DNA of 64,000 nt from Gammaproteobacteria bacterium (lineage in GTDB: Bacteria > Pseudomonadota > Gammaproteobacteria > Eutrophobiales > Eutrophobiaceae). Shown here piece after piece: positions 57,384 to 64,000 of the stretch. The stretch lies in contig OZ244905.1 of NCBI GenBank assembly GCA_965221695.1, forward strand, positions 1,344,001-1,408,000. The letters are read 5' to 3'. The notes beneath the pieces were generated by a model. That model was not told where the DNA came from and ran no database searches. It was given only the letters and a program-made list of their open reading frames with translations. Each line of letters opens with the position of its first letter. Position 1 is the first letter of the stretch. Made by a program: the position numbers and the translations under genes.

Positions 57384-57451
57384 CGGTTTTCTCCTGGATA
57401 TTTGAATGAACGGACGCGGAGTTGTGATCCGTTCCTGTTGTTTGTGGCATA

Positions 57452-57877
57452 TTATTCGCGCGTGACCGGCAGATTGGCGTTGCGCCAAGCTTCCAGCCCG
57501 CCTTTCAATGAATAGATTTTCTCAAATCCGGCAAGCTTCAGGATGCGCCCCGCTTTGACGCCGTCCGAATCCCGGCTGCAACACAGGATGATGGGGTTTG
57601 ATTTGTATTTTTGCAGTTCTTTCTGACGGCTTTCCAACTCCGCGGCAGGGATATTGCGGGAGCTCAGGATATGTCCCGAAGAATAATCGGCGCCGGCGCG
57701 CAAATCCAGCAACAACGCTTTTTCATGATTCAGCAAACGCGTCACTTCGCTCGGGGCCACTTGGGTAAGGCCGGACATGGTAGAACCGAAAATATTCCAT
57801 AACAGCAAGGCCAGGATAGCGACGAACAACAAGACCAGCCAAAGGTGATTGGCAATGAATTCAGGCAATTTCTCCAT
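57452..57877 (-). CDS. Rhodanese-like membrane protein (YibN-like)
   Basis: EFIANH plus a TM helix, GHILS and LKGGLEAW, upstream of secB. Confidence 0.9.
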   Translation of the reverse strand: MEKLPEFIANHLWLVLLFVAILALLLWNIFGSTMSGLTQVAPSEVTRLLNHEKALLLDLRAGADYSSGHILSSRNIPAAELESRQKELQKYKSNPIILCCSRDSDGVKAGRILKLAGFEKIYSLKGGLEAWRNANLPVTRE

Positions 57878-57995
57878 GGGGGTATTATATCTCATTTCTC
57901 AAGCCGGTATGCGCCCGTACCCATAATCGGTTATCATGTGGCGCTTTATCAACCGCGAACAGCGCCGGCTCTTTCAGCGGGTTCTTAAAGCAAAC

Positions 57996-58043
57996 TGAGG
58001 AAGCTCTGAACAAGACTATCCTGGACTTGTCAGAGTACGGAGA
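57996..58043 (+). repeat. Left-hairpin copy of family R1
   Basis: GAGGAAGCTCTGAACAAGACTATCCTGGACTTGTCAGAGTACGGA matches 20431-20475. Confidence 0.85.
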
Positions 58044-58049
58044 ATAATT

Positions 58050-58574
58050 ATGCGTTTAACATGGTCACTTATACTACTGCTGATGCTGCCAGGTCTCGCC
58101 AGCGCGCACGGACCGTCAAGGAAATCGCTGAAACTTGAGGTCAGCATTGATGCCGGCGCCGAAAAAGTCTGGGCATTGCTCAATGAATTCTGCTCGATCG
58201 CGGAATGGAACCCCGGCGTAACCGACTGTGAGATGGACGCGCCCGACCAGCCCGGAACCATCAGGACCATCACTCTTGCCGCCGGCGGCGCCCTGGAAGA
58301 AAAACTGGGCAAGGTAACGCCGGAAACGATGCGCATCCAGTACACGCTGGTAAAATCGAATTCGGACGCGCTGCCGGTCAGGACAATGGGATCGATATTG
58401 ACCGTGAAACCGGTTGACGACGGGACCTCGACCTTGGAATACAAGGCCGCTTTTTACCGGGCCTACCCGGGCATGGACCCGCCGCCTGAACTGAATGACG
58501 AAGCCTGCGCAGAAGCCATCCGCAACCTGTACGAACCCGGTCTGAACAGCCTGAAGGCAGCCGCGGAACAGTAA
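58050..58574 (+). CDS. Exported SRPBCC family protein, MxaD-like
   Basis: Signal peptide followed by HGP, VWAL, WNPGV and FYRAYPGMDPPPELNDEA, as I recall for MxaD homologues. Confidence 0.7.
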   Translation: MRLTWSLILLLMLPGLASAHGPSRKSLKLEVSIDAGAEKVWALLNEFCSIAEWNPGVTDCEMDAPDQPGTIRTITLAAGGALEEKLGKVTPETMRIQYTLVKSNSDALPVRTMGSILTVKPVDDGTSTLEYKAAFYRAYPGMDPPPELNDEACAEAIRNLYEPGLNSLKAAAEQ

Positions 58575-58591
58575 TACCAGCAGCCAGGTCC

Positions 58592-59614
58592 GTGCATCCA
58601 CCCACCGCGCCGGCATTGCCGCTGCTGCGCCTGGTAAGCGCAGTCATCTGCCTGCTCTTTTGCCTGTACGCGGGCGCAGCGCCGCTGTCCTATATCACCA
58701 ACCAGGAAGCGGACAGCGTTTCCGTCATCGACAATGCAACCCGCACGGTTATCCATACCATTCCCGTCGGCAGCCGGCCGGCGGGAGTGACGACCACAGC
58801 GCATAATCGCCACGTCTATATCACCAACCCTGAAGGGCGGAGCATCAGCGTTATCGCAACCTCCACCAACACGGTGATACGAACTCTGCCCACGGGCGGA
58901 TCGCCGCTCGGCATCGTCGCGGACAGCCGTGGGGAGAACATATATGTCGCCGACTGGTACGGCAATCGCATCCATGTCATCGCCGACAACACGCTTGAGA
59001 TCATAAATGAACTGCCTGCAGGCAGGACCCCCGCAGGTATGGCGCTGGGTGGCGGGGACCGTTACCTGTACGTCGCCAACAAGGAAGACAATGCGGTATC
59101 GGTCATCGACCTGGAACGGCGGCGCATCATCGCCGAGATACCGACCGGCAAAGCGCCGTTCGGGTTGCTGCTGCTGGAGCAGCAGGGATTGTTACTGTCG
59201 ACTAACGTGCAGGACAGTACTCTCAGCGTCATATCGACGGCGCAAAACAAGGTCACGGCAACCGTCCGGGTGCGGGAATTTCCTTATGCGATGACTTGGC
59301 ACCAGCCAACACAGAGGCTGTTCATCACCAACCAGCGAGACAACAGCGTCTCCGTCGTAGACCTCGAACGGATGGAGGAAGTTGCGCTTATCCTCGTTGG
59401 CGACTACCCTGAGGGAATTGACCTTGACCCGGTGTCCGGGCTGATCTACGTCGCCAACTGGTTCGATGGTGATGTGGCGGTGATAGACCCGGTCTCCCTG
59501 CAGGTCATCGACCGGATTGCAACGGGGGACGGCAGTCGCGCCTTCGGGAAATTCATCACACCGGACAAATCCGTTATTGATACAAAAGGGCCACGGCAAT
59601 ATCGTCATCAATAA
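58592..59614 (+). CDS. YVTN/YncE beta-propeller protein, MxaE-like
   Basis: Repeated YITN/YVAD/YVAN/FITN...VSVID blades and C-terminal GSRAFGKFI. Confidence 0.8.
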   Translation: MHPPTAPALPLLRLVSAVICLLFCLYAGAAPLSYITNQEADSVSVIDNATRTVIHTIPVGSRPAGVTTTAHNRHVYITNPEGRSISVIATSTNTVIRTLPTGGSPLGIVADSRGENIYVADWYGNRIHVIADNTLEIINELPAGRTPAGMALGGGDRYLYVANKEDNAVSVIDLERRRIIAEIPTGKAPFGLLLLEQQGLLLSTNVQDSTLSVISTAQNKVTATVRVREFPYAMTWHQPTQRLFITNQRDNSVSVVDLERMEEVALILVGDYPEGIDLDPVSGLIYVANWFDGDVAVIDPVSLQVIDRIATGDGSRAFGKFITPDKSVIDTKGPRQYRHQ

Positions 59615-59844
59615 CCGCATATATGGCTGCAATGTCTGCTTTGCCAATGCAAACCTTACGCTTGCATACCGGGGCGAACCATATATGAGGTATTCGGCTT
59701 AACAGGACAGAATTTTTATTCTAACCCCATGAATTCATGAGAGTAAATTCGGCAGGGGTGACGAGTAACGGGGGATTTGCTAAAATACAGCCCTTATCGT
59801 TTTCAACTCATTACATACTATTCTACACTTTTTCTCCGGTTGCC

Positions 59845-61407
59845 ATGCGCTTACTCCACCGTCCAATGGTATTGATCATCCTGGATGGTTGGGGCTATTC
59901 GGAGACAACTGCCTACAATGCCATCCACAGCGCCAGAAAACCGATATGGGACAGCATTTGGGACAGCTATCCTCACACCCTGCTTAACGCGTCCGGCATG
60001 GATGTGGGGCTGCCGGCCATGCAGATGGGCAACTCGGAAACCGGTCATATGAATATCGGTTCAGGTCGAATCGTAGACCAGGAGTTCACTCGCATCACCA
60101 AGGCCATAGAAGATCGGTCGTTCTTTGAAAACCAAACCTTGAAGGACGCCCTGGAAACTGCGGCGCAGAAAGGCCGCGCGGTCCATATCATGGGCCTGTT
60201 GTCTCCAGGCGGTGTGCACAACCACCAGGCACATATCTTTGCCCTGTTGGAGTTTGCCGCGCAGTACGATGTCAGGGATATCTATCTGCATGCCTTTCTG
60301 GATGGTAGGGACACGCCGCCGAAGAGCGCGGAAGAATACCTGGATGAGGCCTATCTGAGGATGCTGGAACTGGGCAAGGGCCACTTTGGCAGCCTGGTCG
60401 GGCGCTATTACGCCATGGATCGCAACCAGCGCTGGGAACGCACGCAGGTCGCCTATAATTTGATCACCGCGGCTGAGGCTGAATACCAGTCGGTCGACGC
60501 ATTCATCGCGGTGGACATGGCTTATGGCCGCGGCGAGACGGACGAGTTTGTAAAACCCACCGCGATCGTTCGGCGCGACGGTAGCGCCGCCCGGGTCGAA
60601 GCGGGTGATGTGGTCATCTTCAGCAACTATCGAGCAGATCGCGCGCGGCAACTAGCCGAGGCGTTCACCTCGGCGGATTTTAACGGTTTTGCGCGCGGCG
60701 CGCCGATTGACCTCGGCGCGTTCATCAGCATGACCGAATACCGATCGGATTTTGATTTTCCGATTCTGTTTCCTCCAGCACAATTGAAGAATGTGCTGGG
60801 CGAGTACCTGGCCAAGGCCGGGCTGACGCAGTTGCGCATCGCCGAAACGGAAAAATACGCCCACGTCACATTCTTTTTTAACGGCGGCGAGGAGCGGGTA
60901 TTCAAGGACGAGGACCGCATCCTGGTGCCATCGCCCCAGGCGCCAACCTACGATCTGTGCCCGGAGATGAGCGCGCCTGAAGTCACAGAACGCCTGACTG
61001 CTGCGATCGCGGCGGAGAAATATGACGTGATTATCTGCAATTTAGCCAACGCTGACATGGTGGGACATACCGGAGATTTTGATGCGACTGTCAAGGCCAT
61101 TGAAACTATCGATGCCTGTCTAGGAAAAATTCTTGCGCAGACCCGACGCGTCGGCGGCGAAATGCTGATCACTTCCGATCACGGCAATGCCGAGCAAATG
61201 CGCTCATTCATCACGGAAAAAGTCAGGGAACAGGCGCATACAGCTCATACCAGCAACCCGGTGCCACTGATCTACGTGGGGCGGCCCGCACAGGCCGCGC
61301 CTAGCGCCACCGCGGCGCTGTGTGACGTCGTGCCGACTATGCTAGACCTCATGGGGATGGAAAAGCCGGAAGAGATGACCGGCGCCCCCTTGTTCAAGCT
61401 GTGCTGA
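59845..61407 (+). CDS. gpmI: 2,3-bisphosphoglycerate-independent phosphoglycerate mutase
   Basis: LIILDGWG, MGNSETGH, DGRDTPP, AETEKYAHVTFF and DMVGHTG. Confidence 0.97.
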   Translation: MRLLHRPMVLIILDGWGYSETTAYNAIHSARKPIWDSIWDSYPHTLLNASGMDVGLPAMQMGNSETGHMNIGSGRIVDQEFTRITKAIEDRSFFENQTLKDALETAAQKGRAVHIMGLLSPGGVHNHQAHIFALLEFAAQYDVRDIYLHAFLDGRDTPPKSAEEYLDEAYLRMLELGKGHFGSLVGRYYAMDRNQRWERTQVAYNLITAAEAEYQSVDAFIAVDMAYGRGETDEFVKPTAIVRRDGSAARVEAGDVVIFSNYRADRARQLAEAFTSADFNGFARGAPIDLGAFISMTEYRSDFDFPILFPPAQLKNVLGEYLAKAGLTQLRIAETEKYAHVTFFFNGGEERVFKDEDRILVPSPQAPTYDLCPEMSAPEVTERLTAAIAAEKYDVIICNLANADMVGHTGDFDATVKAIETIDACLGKILAQTRRVGGEMLITSDHGNAEQMRSFITEKVREQAHTAHTSNPVPLIYVGRPAQAAPSATAALCDVVPTMLDLMGMEKPEEMTGAPLFKLC

Positions 61408-62546
61408 ACTTTTTGCGGATTAAGCCCACGCGCTATCTTGTGGCGCTGTTGCTGATTGTCCCTGCCCTGTGCAAGGCCGACAGGAAAGCGACTGCTGAAC
61501 AGGAAATCGAGTCGGTCAAGTCCAGGATCCAGACGCTTCAGACCCGGATCAGATCGGCAGAAAACGAGGTTGAGCAAATGCTGGCCGAGTTGCGCGGATA
61601 TGAAACCTCGGCTGCCGAAATCAACGTGGCGCTCACACGGATCAATTCGGATATTGAGACCGGACAGGAAAAGTTGGCAGTCCTGAGCGAAGAACTTCAA
61701 CGGCTCAGCGAGCAACTGCGTAGGGAAACAGCGCTGCTGGCCGAACAGGCGCGCGCCATGCACCGCACCGGTAGGAACGACTACCTGAAACTGCTGTTGA
61801 ACCAGGAGGACCCGGCCCTGTTCGGAAGAACCCTGGCGTACTACGACTATTACAACCGGGCCAGGACCGAGCGGATTGAAGTAGTCAAGTTGGCGCAGGA
61901 ACGAAGCAAAACATTACAGGAAACCCTACGCATCGAAACGGAAGGACTGATTTCCTTGCGCTCCGACAAGGAGGAAAAACTGGCGGAACTAGCGGAGCAA
62001 CGCAAAGGCCGCGAGCAATTGCTGGCCCGCTCAAGACGTTTTATCGATGATCAGGGACAACAGCTACAGATCCTGTTGAATACGGAACGGGAATTGGGAA
62101 CATTGCTCAACAGGCTTAACCGCAACGAACGAGAGTTTGAACAGGAATCCCCGTTTGCCAGTCTGAAAGGAAAACTGCGGTGGCCGGTGCGCGGCAGGAT
62201 CATAAGCCGCTATGGGGAGTTCAGAAAAGGCGGAAGACTCAAATCCCGAGGGATCACCTTTGCCGCCGCAGCCGGGACTGAGGTGCGCGCGGTCAGTTCC
62301 GGCACAGTCGTCTACGCGGACTGGTTCAGGAACCTGGGCCTGTTGATGATCCTGGATCATGGAGACGGATATATGAGTCTGTACGGATATAATGAAGTAT
62401 TGCTGAAACAGGCTGGAGACCGGGTGGACAGGAATAATCCAATTGCCAGAGCCGGAGATACGGGAGGCCAACCGCGTCCCGGCCTCTATTTCGAGATCAG
62501 GCGGGCTGGGAACCCGTTGAATCCTTCTTTATGGTGCAGGAGTTGA
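61401..62546 (+). CDS. envC: Murein hydrolase activator EnvC (coiled coil plus degenerate M23)
   Basis: Long coiled coil, KGKLRWPVRG, ILDHGDGYMSLYG and LYFEIR; follows gpmI. Confidence 0.9.
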   Translation: MLNFLRIKPTRYLVALLLIVPALCKADRKATAEQEIESVKSRIQTLQTRIRSAENEVEQMLAELRGYETSAAEINVALTRINSDIETGQEKLAVLSEELQRLSEQLRRETALLAEQARAMHRTGRNDYLKLLLNQEDPALFGRTLAYYDYYNRARTERIEVVKLAQERSKTLQETLRIETEGLISLRSDKEEKLAELAEQRKGREQLLARSRRFIDDQGQQLQILLNTERELGTLLNRLNRNEREFEQESPFASLKGKLRWPVRGRIISRYGEFRKGGRLKSRGITFAAAAGTEVRAVSSGTVVYADWFRNLGLLMILDHGDGYMSLYGYNEVLLKQAGDRVDRNNPIARAGDTGGQPRPGLYFEIRRAGNPLNPSLWCRS

Positions 62547-62547
62547 T

Positions 62548-63861
62548 ATGAAAATAAAATCCGTAATAGCAGTCGTGTGCAGCCTGCTTGTCATTGTGGT
62601 GGGCCCGCACTCCGAGACTAGAGCTGCCGTTGAGCCGGGAGAACTGCCTATCGATGAGATCAGGGCATTTGTCGAGGTGTTCACGAAGATTAAGAAAGAC
62701 TATGTGGAAGATGTGGAGGACGACGTGTTGCTGGAAAACGCGATCAGAGGCATGCTGGAAGGCCTGGACCCGCATTCGTCCTACCTGGATGAAGAAGCCT
62801 ACCAGAACCTTCAAGAGGGGACCACCGGAGAATTTGGCGGCCTGGGCATTGAGGTAGGCATGGAAGACGGGTTTATTAAAGTCATCTCGCCCATCGACGA
62901 TACCCCGGCGCAAAAGGCGGGCTTGCAGGCCGGCGACCTGATTATCCGGCTGGATGAAACCCCGGTGAAAGGCATGTCCCTGAATGACGCCGTGCTGCGT
63001 ATGCGCGGAGAACCGGGAACCGATATCACCCTGACCGTCATCAGAGAAGGCGCAGAAAAACCGCTGAAACTGACTATTACCCGGGATATTATCAAAGTAA
63101 AAAGCGTCAGGAGCCAGACCCTTGAACCCGGTTTCGGATACTTGCGTATCTCTCATTTTCAATCCCGCACTGCGGAGGACGCAAGAGTCGAGTTGCAACA
63201 GTTGAAGCAGGACAACGGCGGCGCCCTGAACGGGCTTGTGCTCGATCTCAGGAATAACCCCGGCGGTATCCTTAACGCAGCCGTTAACGTGTCTGACCTG
63301 TTTCTGGATAAGGGTTTGATTGTTTATACGGAAGGTCGCATCGATGATTCAAAATTAAGATTCAACGCAAAGCCGACAGACCTGCTGGATAACGCGCCGG
63401 TTGTCGTGCTGGTGAATGCCGGTTCCGCTTCCGCTTCCGAAATTGTGGCAGGCGCGCTACAGGACCACAAACGCGCGATCATCATGGGTCAGAAGACCTT
63501 TGGCAAAGGCTCGGTACAAACCGTCCTCCCGGTGTCCAACTCGGCAGCCCTTAAATTGACCACTGCGCGTTATTACACGCCTTCCGGGCGTTCCATACAG
63601 GTTTACGGCATAGAACCCGATGTCGCTCTGACCCGCGCCAGGTTCGAATCCCTGGAAGACGAAAGCTTGAATATCATCACCGAGGAAAATCTGGACAGAC
63701 GCCTGGATAACAATTCGGGAGAGCGCCCGGAAGGAGATGGGGCGGCAACGAAAACGGAGGAGGAAAGTGAAGTCCGGCTCACGCAGGATTATGCCCTGCA
63801 GCAGGCGCTGAACGTGTTGAAAAGTTTGCATATCCTGGGCCAGATAAACCCGCCACAATAA
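62548..63861 (+). CDS. ctpA: S41 carboxy-terminal processing protease
   Basis: LDPHS, PDZ domain, LDLRNNPGG, SASASEI and TFGKGSVQ. Confidence 0.93.
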   Translation: MKIKSVIAVVCSLLVIVVGPHSETRAAVEPGELPIDEIRAFVEVFTKIKKDYVEDVEDDVLLENAIRGMLEGLDPHSSYLDEEAYQNLQEGTTGEFGGLGIEVGMEDGFIKVISPIDDTPAQKAGLQAGDLIIRLDETPVKGMSLNDAVLRMRGEPGTDITLTVIREGAEKPLKLTITRDIIKVKSVRSQTLEPGFGYLRISHFQSRTAEDARVELQQLKQDNGGALNGLVLDLRNNPGGILNAAVNVSDLFLDKGLIVYTEGRIDDSKLRFNAKPTDLLDNAPVVVLVNAGSASASEIVAGALQDHKRAIIMGQKTFGKGSVQTVLPVSNSAALKLTTARYYTPSGRSIQVYGIEPDVALTRARFESLEDESLNIITEENLDRRLDNNSGERPEGDGAATKTEEESEVRLTQDYALQQALNVLKSLHILGQINPPQ

Positions 63862-63876
63862 TTGCGCCTAGCGCAA
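63862..63876. terminator. Small hairpin between convergent genes
   Basis: TTGCGC-CTA-GCGCAA. It is short and has no clear U-tract. Confidence 0.25.
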
Positions 63877-63885
63877 ATGGCCCGT

Positions 63886-63999
63886 CTACAGTTCACTCAT
63901 TACCTTAAGGATCAGCCAGCCGCCGGCCAACCCGAGCAGCGCGGGCAACAAGGGAAAACCGCTTATCAGTGTCGCGGGAGCGGCGACGAAGTGGAATAT
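63886..63999 (-). CDS. C-terminal fragment of a probable membrane protein
   Basis: The minus strand reads IFHFVAAPATLISGFPLLPALLGLAGGWLILKVMSEL*. The rest is outside the window. Confidence 0.35.
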   Translation of the reverse strand: MFHFVAAPATLISGFPLLPALLGLAGGWLILKVMSEL

Positions 64000-64000
64000 C

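Noticed and set aside
18882-57488. N-terminal extensions in the ORF track (rsmB from 18882, ntrY 32908, potD-like 52453, gpsA 57051, secB 57488)
   Set aside because: They overlap upstream genes. Downstream starts with coupled stop/start codons or an RBS give normal-length proteins.
58050-59614. Calling the organism a methylotroph
   Set aside because: Only accessory-like genes are present, with no methanol dehydrogenase, cytochrome cL or pqq genes in the window.
19641-63198. Long antisense ORFs (for example 19641-20453, 33085-33942, 36836-37633, 42251-43069, 51453-52472, 62497-63198)
   Set aside because: They are shadows of well-supported genes on the opposite strand in GC-rich coding DNA and show no recognisable motifs.
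1-64000. tRNA, rRNA, prophage or intact IS
   Set aside because: None was recognised. Nearly all the sequence is explained by the listed CDSs, and the intergenic gaps are short.

Overview
This looks like a gammaproteobacterial chromosome segment. Its conserved housekeeping backbone is tsaC-purE-topA-dprA / def-fmt-rsmB ... DUF4390-ntrY-ntrX-trkA ... trkH ... pyrD ... gpsA-secB-rhodanese / gpmI-envC-ctpA. Five accessory blocks interrupt or flank it: (0) 1-12.6 kb, with MFS, GMC oxidoreductase, CoA ligase, PLP dehydratase, AraC, a Tat flavin oxidase, a TonB receptor and a Tat nucleoside hydrolase; (1) 20.6-32.3 kb, an IclR/MFS/aminotransferase/CoA ligase/crotonase/TonB/oxidoreductase island plus higBA, between rsmB and DUF4390; (2) 37.9-47.6 kb, an island between trkA and trkH with a fused E1-alpha/beta 2-oxoacid dehydrogenase, a stand-alone lipoyl domain and no E2/E3; (3) a PotABCD-like ABC transporter; (4) an orphan MxaD-like/MxaE-like pair. 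I saw no integrase, transposase, rRNA, tRNA or CRISPR array. The most striking unexplained structure is non-coding. Most larger intergenic gaps carry one of at least five families of short palindromic repeats. These include a ~157-bp five-hairpin MITE-like element with an IHF consensus (at least 9 full or partial copies), dRS3-like mosaic repeats with a compensatory base change, and a mirror-image array of 23-bp units whose outer units contain the predicted ATGs of two divergent genes. The repeats sit at most backbone/cassette junctions and often overlap start codons, stop codons or an RBS. All calls come from reading the sequence and recognising motifs; no database search was run.
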